Positions 17,422 to 27,156 of a stretch of DNA of 64,000 nucleotides are shown here, in pieces. Numbering within the stretch: position 1 is the stretch's first letter; every line of letters starts with the position of its first letter. This stretch comes from Mogibacterium sp. Its GTDB lineage: Bacteria > Bacillota > Clostridia > Peptostreptococcales > Anaerovoracaceae. The stretch covers positions 9,573-73,572 of the forward strand of contig JAFVPI010000060.1 in the NCBI GenBank assembly GCA_017505405.1, read 5' to 3'. The notes beneath the pieces were generated by a model, which worked only from the letters and a program-made list of their open reading frames with translations, made no database searches and was not told the origin of the DNA. The position numbers and the translations under genes were made by a program.

Positions 17422-18588
17422 TTATTCAGCAAGTGCGGCAAAGAACATCTCCTTACCTTTCTCCTTGCGGTGATGTCCCATCTCATGCATCTTCTCTACC
17501 GGAAGCGGCTTAGAGATGCAGTAATAAATACCGTCTTTTTCTTCATAAGTATCCACCAGCGGCTCCATATGCTCGCACATACGGTCGTGTCTTATATAGT
17601 ATCTGTGAACAGCATTGCTGTTGTCTGCTTTCAGTTCACTTGCATCATTGATGCCGATGTTCTGCTCCCTGCCGTCACGTATGTCGATCACGTCCTGTAT
17701 GACGGACTCACCTGTCGGCATCATTCCGGCGCCCTGTCCGAAATAGCTCTGTGTGCCGAGATGCCTTGCCGTCAGCGTTATCAGATTATTGTTCAGCTTA
17801 ACGTTTGCCTCAAGAGAATCCTCAGGGAAAGCCGTAGGTTCAACATAGACTTCAATGGCTCCGTTCTTTTTCTCCGCTTTCATCATGAGCTTGCATACCA
17901 GGCCTTTCTTTTTCAGATATGCTATGTCACAGGCCTGTATGGTATCTATTCCGTAACAGGTAACATCCTCTTCCTTTATAGCTGCGTCAAAGGCAAGATT
18001 TGTACTTATCACGGTCTTCCGCAGAGTGTCTGTACCCTCGATATCCGCTGAAGGATCCGCTTCAGCATAGCCGATTTCCTGGGCTATCTTCAGCATCTCA
18101 CCGAAATCCGCTCCCTTGTCGTACATCGCATCAAGAATGTAGTTGCAGGTTCCGTTTACGATGCCGCGGATCGAAAGTATCTCATCACAGCGCTTGGTTC
18201 TGAGCAGATTGAACAGCCATGGAATGCCGCCTCCTACTGCGGATGTGAATCTGAGTTTTACACCGTTTGCAGCAGCCTCCTGCATGAGTTCACTGTAGCA
18301 GGCGCTTATAAGGTTCTTGTTGGGAGTCACTACATGCTTGCCGGCTCTCAGGCATTTCAGAACATACTCTCTTGCAGGCTCAACGCCGCCCATGGACTCC
18401 ACAACGAGTTCGATTTCAGGGTCACCGGCTATATCGTCAATATCAGGCGTAATGATGTCATCGAGAAATTCGTAGCCCTCCCTGCCGTGTCTTGCAAGTA
18501 TTCTGACTACTTCTATATCTCCGGCAGCCCTGGATGCCTCATATGCGCCGCTTCCGACTGTACCGAAACCCATTATAGCGATCTTCAT
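17422..18588 (-). CDS. hom: Homoserine dehydrogenase
   Basis: MKIAIMGFGTVGSG Rossmann N-terminus and TPNKNL motif. Start moved to the ATG at 18588, which is preceded by GGAGGT. Confidence 0.88.
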   Translation of the reverse strand: MKIAIMGFGTVGSGAYEASRAAGDIEVVRILARHGREGYEFLDDIITPDIDDIAGDPEIELVVESMGGVEPAREYVLKCLRAGKHVVTPNKNLISACYSELMQEAAANGVKLRFTSAVGGGIPWLFNLLRTKRCDEILSIRGIVNGTCNYILDAMYDKGADFGEMLKIAQEIGYAEADPSADIEGTDTLRKTVISTNLAFDAAIKEEDVTCYGIDTIQACDIAYLKKKGLVCKLMMKAEKKNGAIEVYVEPTAFPEDSLEANVKLNNNLITLTARHLGTQSYFGQGAGMMPTGESVIQDVIDIRDGREQNIGINDASELKADNSNAVHRYYIRHDRMCEHMEPLVDTYEEKDGIYYCISKPLPVEKMHEMGHHRKEKGKEMFFAALAE

Positions 18589-18692
18589 CTGCAATACCTC
18601 CAATGTGTATTCTTCAACATACCGCACATCTTGTACATAAAAAGGTGCAATTTGTTTTAATGCTTTTTTCCACTAAATTTTTGATCTTTTTG

Positions 18693-18713
18693 GTGAAAAA
18701 TACAATTTTTCAC
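18693..18713. promoter_or_regulatory. 21-bp inverted repeat in the hom/thrC divergent control region (candidate operator)
   Basis: GTGAAAAAT-ACA-ATTTTTCAC has perfect 9-bp arms. Confidence 0.25.
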
Positions 18714-18880
18714 GTTATTTTTTGTTGCATTCCGTGCCGGGTGGACAAACGCTTTGCTGGTGTCCGCGATACGAAAACACTTGTCTTTAAGTTAGGAGTA
18801 ATGTATCATAATCATTGTCGTAATTCAACAACTTGTTACTTAATAGGCGTTCAGGCGCTGCTTAATAGAAAGGCAATAAA

Positions 18881-20368
18881 ATGATCGAATATGTAAGCAC
18901 AAGAAATCCATCCATCAGAGTCAGATCCAGCAAGGCTATTCTGGACGGCCAGGCCGAAGGCGGCGGTCTTTATGTTCCGTCAGACCTCGATCTGGTAAAG
19001 ACGGATTATCATGAAATAATAAAGGGAGACTTCAGAAGCATGGCAAAGGCTGTGTGGAACATCTTCTTTGATGACTATGGTGAAGACCTCATAGATGAGC
19101 TTGTAGAAAGAAGCTATAAAAACAAGTTCTCTTCCGAGGATATCACTCCGCTGGTCAGGACACGCAGCAGCAGTACGGAGGCATATGTTCTGGAGCTGTA
19201 TCACGGACCTACATCGGCATTCAAGGATGTCGCTCTGTCTGCCCTTCCTAACCTCATGAGCGCAGCACGGAGCATGAACGATTTCACTGACGATATAATG
19301 ATCCTGACAGCTACATCAGGCGATACCGGCAGTGCCGCAATACAGGGTTTCAGTGATGTCCCGGGCACAGGCATCATCGTCTTCTATCCTCACGGAGGTG
19401 TTTCCGACACCCAGAGGCTGCAGATGGTGACTCCTGCAAGCTCAAATGTGACCGCATGCGCTATCCGCGGAAATTTTGATGATGCCCAGACAGGCGTAAA
19501 GCGTCTTTTCAGGGAGATACCGAAGCCGGTCAGTGGAGTGGCTCTGTCGAGCGCCAATTCCATAAACATCGGAAGGCTTGTTCCTCAGATCGTTTATTAC
19601 TTCTCGGCGTATGCCCAGCTGATCAGGGCCGGAGCGATCGCCGACGGAGACAAAATAGACTTCGTAGTTCCTACAGGCAACTTCGGAGACATCATGGCAG
19701 GCTGGTACGCACTGAAGATGGGACTCCCGGTCCGCAGACTCGTATGCGCATCAAACAAGAATGATGTACTGACTGAGTTTCTCAACACAGGTCATTACGA
19801 CAGAAAGCGTGAGTTCTACAAAACCACATCTCCTTCCATGGATATACTGGTTTCCAGCAATCTTGAGCGTCTTCTCTACTATGTGTGCGGTCCTGAGCAC
19901 ACCGTAGAATACATGAAGCAGCTTGAGCAGACCGGTGAATACACTGTCACCGCGGAAGAGCTCGCAGAATTGAAGGCAGTATTCACCGGAATATATGCCG
20001 GTGATGACGAAGGCGCCTCCGCTATCAGGAATGTCTTCGAGTCTGACCGCTATCTGATGGATACTCACACCTCGATCGCCTGGGCGTGCATGGAGAAATA
20101 CAGGAAAGCTTCCGGTTTCCCGGAAGTGCCTGCCGTAGTTCTTTCCACAGCTTCTCCTTACAAGTTCTCTGCCGCTGTACTCGAAGCATTGGGTCAGGAA
20201 CTTACCGGAAGCGACGAAGGCAACATGAACAAATGCCACGAGATCACCGGCGCAGACATACCGGCAGGACTGGCAGGGATATTCAAAAAGCCTATAGTAC
20301 ACAACGATGTTATCGAAATATCGGATATGAAAACGTACGTTATTGAAAAGAGCAATGCAAGGGGTTAA
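18881..20368 (+). CDS. thrC: Threonine synthase (long form)
   Basis: PLP-lysine context PTSAFKDVAL; 495 aa. Confidence 0.92.
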   Translation: MIEYVSTRNPSIRVRSSKAILDGQAEGGGLYVPSDLDLVKTDYHEIIKGDFRSMAKAVWNIFFDDYGEDLIDELVERSYKNKFSSEDITPLVRTRSSSTEAYVLELYHGPTSAFKDVALSALPNLMSAARSMNDFTDDIMILTATSGDTGSAAIQGFSDVPGTGIIVFYPHGGVSDTQRLQMVTPASSNVTACAIRGNFDDAQTGVKRLFREIPKPVSGVALSSANSINIGRLVPQIVYYFSAYAQLIRAGAIADGDKIDFVVPTGNFGDIMAGWYALKMGLPVRRLVCASNKNDVLTEFLNTGHYDRKREFYKTTSPSMDILVSSNLERLLYYVCGPEHTVEYMKQLEQTGEYTVTAEELAELKAVFTGIYAGDDEGASAIRNVFESDRYLMDTHTSIAWACMEKYRKASGFPEVPAVVLSTASPYKFSAAVLEALGQELTGSDEGNMNKCHEITGADIPAGLAGIFKKPIVHNDVIEISDMKTYVIEKSNARG

Positions 20369-20374
20369 CATTAT

Positions 20375-20812
20375 ATGGAAGGTAAATACTTTATCGTAGA
20401 TAAGGCTCTTCTGCCTTCATATTGTGAGAAGGTCTCCCTCGCCAAAGAACTGCTTGATGAGGGCAAAGCCGCTGATGTAAGCGAAGCCGTACGTATGGTC
20501 GGCATATCGCGCAGCACGTTTTATAAGTACCGCGACAAAATACGGGACATAAGCACAGTCTCAATGGGTCGTCACGCTATCATCTCCATGATGATGAGTC
20601 ACAGCGTCGGTACTCTTTCAGCTGTACTGAGCATCATCTCACGCTATGGTTACAGTGTCTGGACCATAACCCAGAATCCTCCCGTAGACTCCAGAGCAAA
20701 CGTGGTGATCACGCTTGAACTTGGAGAGGATGCCGGAAGTCTTGACAGCATGTTAAGAGAGATCACAGAAGCGCCCGGACTTTCCAGGGTGCAGCTGCTT
20801 GGAATGGACTAG
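20375..20812 (+). CDS. ACT-domain protein (UPF0735/PheB-like)
   Basis: 145 aa with an N-terminal HTH-like segment and a C-terminal ACT fold pattern. Confidence 0.7.
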   Translation: MEGKYFIVDKALLPSYCEKVSLAKELLDEGKAADVSEAVRMVGISRSTFYKYRDKIRDISTVSMGRHAIISMMMSHSVGTLSAVLSIISRYGYSVWTITQNPPVDSRANVVITLELGEDAGSLDSMLREITEAPGLSRVQLLGMD

Positions 20813-20820
20813 GAGGATAA

Positions 20821-21708
20821 ATGGATTTCAAACAGATCGAAGCTTTTGTAAATGTAGTCAGATTTAAAAGCTTCAGCAAGGCCGCTGACGCGACATTCTT
20901 TACACAACCTACTATCAGCACCCATATTCGCAATCTGGAGAAGGAACTTGGTGTAAAACTTCTTGACCGCAAGAGCAGAGTTGTTGAAATGACTCCGCAG
21001 GGAAGCAAGTTTTACAAGTATGCTGTTGAGATGATCAACGCGAGGGCTCAGGCTTTTGATGCCCTCAATGACATAAACGGCAGCATCGGGGGGATACTCG
21101 AGATACAGACCTCATCCATCCCTTCTGTCACATTCCTTCCTGAGCTTCTATCCGGATTCCGCAGTGAGAACGCTGGTATACAGTACTATGTCTCCGTATC
21201 CGATACTCAGACTGTTATCGACAATATTGCGGAGCGAAGAGGTGAAATAGGATTTATAGGGGAAAAGATAAACTCTTCATCTATAGAATGCACAAAAGTC
21301 GCAGTAGATAAGTCCGTACTCATCGCACCTGCTGATTATGATATATCGCCGAAGATAAAGCTTGCCGACTCGATACGGTATCCTTTCATCTGGCGTGAGA
21401 CCGGGTCTGCCACTCGTAAGGCTTTTGAACAGGCAGCTCTGCGGTCGGGCTTTGAAAAGGATGCTTTCGAAGTTGCGGCTCTGGTGGATGACATGGATAC
21501 GATGATCCGTTCCGTCGAAGCAGGCCTCGGAGTTGCTATCATCTCGGAAAAGGTAGCTTCATCTATCGGCGGAAGAGTAAAAGTTGCTGAGATCGAAGAT
21601 TTTACAGAAGACCGCGTATTCTATATGATCAATCTGAAAAGCATCTCCTTCTCGCCTGCCGCCGAAGCTTTCAGCGGATACGTGAAGACAAAAATGAACA
21701 GCAAATAG
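20821..21708 (+). CDS. LysR-family transcriptional regulator
   Basis: N-terminus MDFKQIEAFVNVVRFKSFSKAADATFFTQPTISTHIRNLE; 295 aa. Confidence 0.85.
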   Translation: MDFKQIEAFVNVVRFKSFSKAADATFFTQPTISTHIRNLEKELGVKLLDRKSRVVEMTPQGSKFYKYAVEMINARAQAFDALNDINGSIGGILEIQTSSIPSVTFLPELLSGFRSENAGIQYYVSVSDTQTVIDNIAERRGEIGFIGEKINSSSIECTKVAVDKSVLIAPADYDISPKIKLADSIRYPFIWRETGSATRKAFEQAALRSGFEKDAFEVAALVDDMDTMIRSVEAGLGVAIISEKVASSIGGRVKVAEIEDFTEDRVFYMINLKSISFSPAAEAFSGYVKTKMNSK

Positions 21709-21730
21709 TTTCTGATATATTGCTGCAATA

Positions 21731-21770
21731 CAAAACGGTGTTCCGTGACATAACGGAACACCGCTTTTTA
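21731..21770. terminator. Bidirectional terminator between the lysR-family gene and selD
   Basis: 11-bp stem CGGUGUUCCGU / ACGGAACACCG, with A-rich sequence before it and a U tract after it. Confidence 0.7.
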
Positions 21771-21774
21771 TTTA

Positions 21775-22938
21775 TCAGTCGTGGATCTCCACAGAGTACC
21801 TGCCCTTTTGAGGTTTGAAGCATCCTATGACAGCTGTTTCACATCCCCTCTCGCCAAGCTGCTCTGTAAGCCGCGGGATCTCGCTTTCCTTAACGGCGAT
21901 CAGCAGACCGCCCGATGACTGAGGATCGTAAAGGCAGTCTATTCTGGCCCGGAGATCAGGGTCTCTGGCCGGATCCTTCGACAGGAATTCCATCACCTCC
22001 GGTCCGACATAATCCATATTGCGGTATGCACCGGCAGGTATTATACCCATCGAAGCCATATCAAGTGCCCGCGGGAATATCGGCACCTTGTGGCTGTAAA
22101 GCTCGAGTGTAACACCGCCTGCCCTCGCCATCTCCGCAGCATGTCCCATGAGACCGAATCCGGTTATGTCGGTACAGCCGTCGACCTTTACGCCCTGCAT
22201 TGCCTCCCAGGCATATTTATTGAGAAAGGCCATGTTTGCTTCGATTTCAGCGTTTTCCTCCTCAGTGAGCAGATCCACCTTGGCCGCCGTGGTCAGTACA
22301 CCCGTACCGATCTTCTTTGTGATGACCAGAAGGTCTCCGGCGCATGCGCTATTGCTCAGAATATCGTCAGGATGGGCAAAGCCCGTCACTGAAAGGCCGT
22401 ACTTAGGCTCCTTATCATCTATGCTGTGTCCGCCTACGATCGTGGCACCTGCTTCACAGACTTTGTCGTTGCCACCTTCAAGTATGCCTTTGACTGCATC
22501 AAGCGGAAGCTTTCCGTTAGGAAAAGTCAGCAGGTTCATTGCCAGCTTAGGCTGGCCGCCCATGGCATAGACATCGCTCAGTGCATTTGCTGCAGCTATC
22601 TGGCCGAACATGTACGGATCATCCACTATAGGCGGGAAGAAATCCACTGTGTTAATAATAGCTATGTCGTCGGTCAGTTTGTAGACGCAGGCATCGTCGC
22701 TGCTCTCAAATCCGACGATTATGCGCGGGTCGCTTATCTTCGGCAGACCCGCCAGAAGGCTTGATAGGACTCCCGGCCCTATTTTGGCGCCTCATCCGCC
22801 CGCCGTGGTCATCTGAGTCAGAAGGACCTTACCGGCGGAGTCAACAAAATCTGGAGCCTTCGGTTTAGGAGGCTCTATGTGACAAGCAAGTTTTTCCTTT
22901 GCTTCCTGTAAAATTTTATCGTCTATCTCTTTACCCAT
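21775..22938 (-). CDS. selD: Selenide, water dikinase SelD, a selenoprotein with an in-frame UGA (Sec) at codon 49
   Basis: The track ORF (21775-22647) starts at an internal Met. Reading upstream in the same frame through the TGA at 22794-22792 gives ..VLLTQMTTAGG-U-GAKIGPGVLSSLLAGLPK.., the SelD active-site loop in which Sec/Cys is expected. ATG at 22938; the N-terminal ~37 aa and the RBS are weak, so the exact start is uncertain. Confidence 0.88.
22764..22794 (-). promoter_or_regulatory. UGA(Sec) codon plus candidate SECIS hairpin
   Basis: UGA, 9 nt, then AUAGG-GCCGGGAGU-CCUAU (stem 22782-22778 / 22768-22764), immediately 3' of the recoded codon. Confidence 0.4.
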
Positions 22939-22997
22939 ATATGTGTATGATATCACCTTTTATCTTTTTTTAATACAAGATATTGTGTTTTTTTCTA

Positions 22998-23026
22998 TTG
23001 TCATCACAATTACAGGTTTGTATAAT
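22998..23026 (+). promoter_or_regulatory. Candidate sigma-A promoter of the uracil permease gene
   Basis: TTGTCA, a 17-bp spacer, then TATAAT. Confidence 0.5.
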
Positions 23027-23069
23027 TTTCATAATGAATTTTCAGGATATTTAACGAAAGAGAGACATT

Positions 23070-24401
23070 ATGGCTAAGCAGAGACAGATCATTCAGATCC
23101 AGGAGAAAGTGCCTCTTAGTAAGGGTATTCCTCTCTCCATACAGCACACATTTGCAATGTTCAGTGCTTCCGTACTCGTTCCTTACATTCTCGGGATAAG
23201 TCCTTCCATAGCCCTTCTCATGAACGGCATCGGAACACTTATCTTTATTTTTGTCACAAAGGGCGGAGCGCCTGCCTATCTTGGTTCATCATTTGCATTC
23301 ATTTCACCGGCCTTGATAGTGATCGCGCAGCCTGATCTCGGCTACAGGTACGCACTCGGCGGATTCGTCGTTACGGGTCTTCTTATGTGTATTGTTGCAG
23401 GTATCATCAAGTTTGTCGGAACAAGATGGATCGACGCCATTCTGCCTCCGGCTGCAATGGGTCCTATAGTTGCTCTGATCGGCCTTGAGCTCGCGGGAAG
23501 CGCCGCACAGACAGCCGGCATACTCAACGGAGACGGATCGATGGTGGAAGACCTTGATCCTAAAGTGCTGATCGTATTTCTGGTAACGCTGCTGCTTGCG
23601 ATTTTCGGCGGAGTGCTCTACAGAGGCTTTGCAAGCGCCATCGCAATACTGATTGCTATCGTTTCAGGATATGTACTCGCCCTCCTCTTCGGACTCGTGG
23701 ACTTCAGTTCTGTCGGCAGCGCAAGCTTATTTGAACTCCCTGCATTCCAGACACCTCAGTGGAGCGCACAGGCCATCGCAGTCATAATCCCGGCCACGCT
23801 GGTAGTCGTATCCGAGCACATCGGGCATCAGGTAGTTACTTCCGAGGTCGTAGGCAAGAACCTGCTGAAAGATCCGGGACTCCACAGATCGATGTTTGCT
23901 GACGGATTCTCGACTGCTCTTTCCGGTTTCTGCGGATCCTGCCCTACCACCACATACGGAGAAAACATCGGAGTAATGGCCATAACCAAGGTATACAGTG
24001 TATGGGTCATCGGCGGAGCTGCAGCATTCTCCATCCTGCTCTCATTCATCGGCAAAGCCTCCGCACTCATCCAGACTATCCCTGGTCCTGTAATGGGCGG
24101 CGTAAGCTTCCTGCTTTACGGAATGATCGGCGCTTCGGGAATCAGACTCATGGTCGACTCAAAGATAGACTACTCCAAGGCCCGCAACCTTGCTATGACT
24201 TCTGTTGTATTCGTAGTAGGACTTTCAGGCATTGCCATCAACCTCGGGCAGGTACAGCTCAAGGGCATGAGCCTTGCAGCGGTAGTCGGCATGCTGCTCG
24301 GACTCGTCATGTATCTGCTCGACAGATTCCACCTTACCAACGAGTATGATGAAGTTGATGAAGATCAGGAGAAACTGAAAACATTCGCCTCAAGCAGGTA
24401 A
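23070..24401 (+). CDS. NCS2-family uracil/xanthine permease
   Basis: 443 aa, about 12 TM segments, QHTFAMFSASVLVP N-terminal motif, ENIGVMAITKVYS. Confidence 0.85.
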   Translation: MAKQRQIIQIQEKVPLSKGIPLSIQHTFAMFSASVLVPYILGISPSIALLMNGIGTLIFIFVTKGGAPAYLGSSFAFISPALIVIAQPDLGYRYALGGFVVTGLLMCIVAGIIKFVGTRWIDAILPPAAMGPIVALIGLELAGSAAQTAGILNGDGSMVEDLDPKVLIVFLVTLLLAIFGGVLYRGFASAIAILIAIVSGYVLALLFGLVDFSSVGSASLFELPAFQTPQWSAQAIAVIIPATLVVVSEHIGHQVVTSEVVGKNLLKDPGLHRSMFADGFSTALSGFCGSCPTTTYGENIGVMAITKVYSVWVIGGAAAFSILLSFIGKASALIQTIPGPVMGGVSFLLYGMIGASGIRLMVDSKIDYSKARNLAMTSVVFVVGLSGIAINLGQVQLKGMSLAAVVGMLLGLVMYLLDRFHLTNEYDEVDEDQEKLKTFASSR

Positions 24402-24420
24402 TAAATTCGTTTTTATATAA

Positions 24421-24452
24421 GTGAGCCGTCTCAAAAACGGCTCACTTTTTTT
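24421..24452 (+). terminator. Rho-independent terminator
   Basis: GUGAGCCGU-CUCAAAA-ACGGCUCAC followed by UUUUUUU. Confidence 0.8.
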
Positions 24453-24515
24453 AGTTTTTATGATACAATTTTCATGTTGATTAGCTAAATTTAACTTATT
24501 ACACGGAGGGAATAA

Positions 24516-25661
24516 ATGGATAAAGAGAGAATACTGGTAATGAATCTTGGCTCCACCTCGAGCAAGATCGCGGTATATGACGATGACAAGGAAGTATTCA
24601 ATGATACCATCCGCCACGCAACGGAAGAACTCGCTCCTTTCGGCGATGTAACGGAACAGTATGAGTTCAGATATGAAAAGATCAAAGAATCACTGAAGAA
24701 AAACGGTGTGAGCATGGATTCCCTGACAGCTGCAGTATCGAGAGGCGGCAATATAGTGCCATGCCCGCACGGAGCTATCGGAATAGACCAGGCAATGATC
24801 GATTTCCTCACAAGACCTGAAGATCTTGCTAAACATCCTTCACTTATAGGAAGCATGATCGCATTCGATCTTAACAAACAGCTTGGAATACCTGTATGCA
24901 TCTACGATGCTATCGGAACAGATGAGAAGATGCCTGTAGCAAGAGTCAGCGGAGTTCCGGAGCTTCCTCACTTCACTGTAGGTCATACGCTCAACACAAG
25001 AGCTATGGCAATCAAATGCGCAGAAGAGAAACTGGGAAAGAAATTCGATGAGTGTACATTCATCGTTGCTCACCTCGGCGGAGGCAGCTCTGTCAGGCTG
25101 TATAAAGACGGTGTCAACATAGACAGCGTGAATGACGATGAAGGCAATTTCACTCCTGAAAGAGGCGGCGGAGTAAGCGCAAAGCGTCTTGTAGACCTTT
25201 GCTACAGCGGTAAGTATTCATATAAAGAAGCTATGAAGCTCTTCCACGGCAAAGGCGGACTGATCGCTCACCTCGGAACGGCAGATGCACGTGATGTCGA
25301 AAAGATGATCGCCGACGGCGACAAATACGCTGAGATCGTATATGAAGCCATGTGCCTCACTGTTGCAAAGGACATCGCCAAGCTCGCTGCCACCGTGTGC
25401 GGCAAGGTAGACCGCATCATTCTGACAGGCGGCATCTCGTATTCAAAATACGTCTCAGGATATATCAAAGACCATGTCGAATTCATCTGCCCTGTTGAGA
25501 TCATGCCGGGAGAGTTCGAGATGGAAGCTCTCGCAGCAGGCTGTCTGAGAGTGCTCAGAGGCGAGGAAAAGCTGCAGGACTTCGGAGAGATCGCGGCTTC
25601 AGCTGAAGACAGGATAAGCATCGTTCCGGGAGTGAAACCGGGAACCGTTCCTGTACGCTGA
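24516..25661 (+). CDS. buk: Butyrate kinase-like acyl kinase
   Basis: ASKHA fold N-terminus ILVMNLGSTSSKIAVY, with length and motifs typical of Buk. No ptb gene is adjacent. Confidence 0.8.
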   Translation: MDKERILVMNLGSTSSKIAVYDDDKEVFNDTIRHATEELAPFGDVTEQYEFRYEKIKESLKKNGVSMDSLTAAVSRGGNIVPCPHGAIGIDQAMIDFLTRPEDLAKHPSLIGSMIAFDLNKQLGIPVCIYDAIGTDEKMPVARVSGVPELPHFTVGHTLNTRAMAIKCAEEKLGKKFDECTFIVAHLGGGSSVRLYKDGVNIDSVNDDEGNFTPERGGGVSAKRLVDLCYSGKYSYKEAMKLFHGKGGLIAHLGTADARDVEKMIADGDKYAEIVYEAMCLTVAKDIAKLAATVCGKVDRIILTGGISYSKYVSGYIKDHVEFICPVEIMPGEFEMEALAAGCLRVLRGEEKLQDFGEIAASAEDRISIVPGVKPGTVPVR

Positions 25662-25689
25662 TCCGCATCTGACCGGCACATGTGAACAA

Positions 25690-25716
25690 AAAAGGACCGC
25701 AATGCGATCCTTTTTT
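25690..25716. terminator. Bidirectional hairpin between buk and the aminotransferase gene
   Basis: AAAAGGACCGC-AAU-GCGAUCCUUUU, with one mismatch. Confidence 0.55.
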
Positions 25717-25742
25717 AGTATACTTCTTTCAGCCTTCTTCCG

Positions 25743-26942
25743 TTATTTGATCAGGCCGAACTTCCTGCCGAGATTCATCCACGATTCTTTTGATCTTTGT
25801 ATGGTTGAATTTTTACCGCAGAAGGAAGCTCTTACCCAGCCAGGTCCGTTGAATGCGCTTCCCGGAGTTATGAGTATTCTCTCTTCCTTTGCCGCCTGTA
25901 CGAATTCCTGCTCATTCGGTACAGGTGACTTGATCCACATGTAGAAGGCGCCCTGAGGATAAAGCGCTTCAAGTCCGGCTTCAGTAACGATCTCGTAGAG
26001 ATCTTTGGCGTTCACCTTGTAATAGTCCAGATCAGATCTGCACTTAAGGCATCTTTCAACTATGAGTTCCTGTATCGTAGGGGCATTTGTTCCTCCGAGC
26101 ACCCTGCAGGCAACAACCAGAGCCTGACTCAGCGCCTCGTGCCCTTCCGCACACTTAGGAACAGCTACGTATCCTATACGGTCGCCCGGCATGGACAGGG
26201 ATTTTGACCACGAATAAGCTATCAGTGAATCAGCATAATAATCTCCCGGGAAAGGAACCTCCTGATCGGTATAAACAAGTTCCCTGTATGGTTCATCACA
26301 TATCAGATAGATAGTATGCCCGAATTTCTCCTCTGCCTCTCTGAGTACATCCGCTACCTTGTCCAGGGCTTCCCTGGAGTATATCTTACCTGTAGGATTG
26401 TTAGGATTGTTGAGCATTACGCCCTTGACTTCAGGGACGAGCAGCTTCCTCAGAGCTTCTGCGTCAGGATCAAATCCCAGCTCTTCATTTGCCGGCACCA
26501 CAATGGTATCGGCTCCCCAGTTGCGCGCCCAGTTGCCGTATTCCACGAAATAAGGAGCAAATACAACGAGTTTATCGCCAGGATCAAAGATGCACTTATT
26601 TATCATGTTGATGGAGTAAGCTGCTCCGCATGACATGATTATATGGTCAACATCAAAAAAATCCCCTTTCGCTCTCTCATTGAGATCTTCAGCTATGGCT
26701 CTTCTGGTCGACTCATAGCCTGCATTTGATGGATAACCATGTACTAAAAGAGGATCGAGCTCATGATTGATCTCATCTATGGCATCGAAAACTTCCTGTG
26801 GAGGTTTCAGACCCGGATTACCGATACTGAAGTCATACACATTCTCTGCGCCATAAATCTTGGCCATTTTCTTGCCTTCTTCAAACATCGCTCTGATTTG
26901 CGAACTGCCCGCAAGAAAGGGCTCCATTGCTTTCGAAATCAT
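25743..26942 (-). CDS. Class I/II PLP-dependent aminotransferase (AlaA/AspC-like)
   Basis: Motifs GNPGLKPP, NNPNNPTGK and YSWSKSLSMPGDRIGY (PLP Lys). Confidence 0.85.
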   Translation of the reverse strand: MISKAMEPFLAGSSQIRAMFEEGKKMAKIYGAENVYDFSIGNPGLKPPQEVFDAIDEINHELDPLLVHGYPSNAGYESTRRAIAEDLNERAKGDFFDVDHIIMSCGAAYSINMINKCIFDPGDKLVVFAPYFVEYGNWARNWGADTIVVPANEELGFDPDAEALRKLLVPEVKGVMLNNPNNPTGKIYSREALDKVADVLREAEEKFGHTIYLICDEPYRELVYTDQEVPFPGDYYADSLIAYSWSKSLSMPGDRIGYVAVPKCAEGHEALSQALVVACRVLGGTNAPTIQELIVERCLKCRSDLDYYKVNAKDLYEIVTEAGLEALYPQGAFYMWIKSPVPNEQEFVQAAKEERILITPGSAFNGPGWVRASFCGKNSTIQRSKESWMNLGRKFGLIK

Positions 26943-27156
26943 TTATTAACCTCCTGGCAAAAGCATAAATATAATAATAATGTCCCGCTTCTGAAATACC
27001 CTTTTTCTATTCTAATTGTATCATATATGAACTTGCAAATTGCCCCCTTTTGTTCGATAATTAAATCATCAGAACAGTGCTTTGCGCCTGCTGCGTTAAG
27101 CGCATGTTACCCTATTGTTTCATTTAATTTGTTTCATTTAATTTGGAGGAATACCT

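Noticed and set aside
18589-18880. Riboswitch or T-box leader for hom-lysC-asd or thrC
   Set aside because: I found no T-box sequence, specifier-loop context, lysine or SAM riboswitch core, or terminator/antiterminator pair. Only the inverted repeat is reported.
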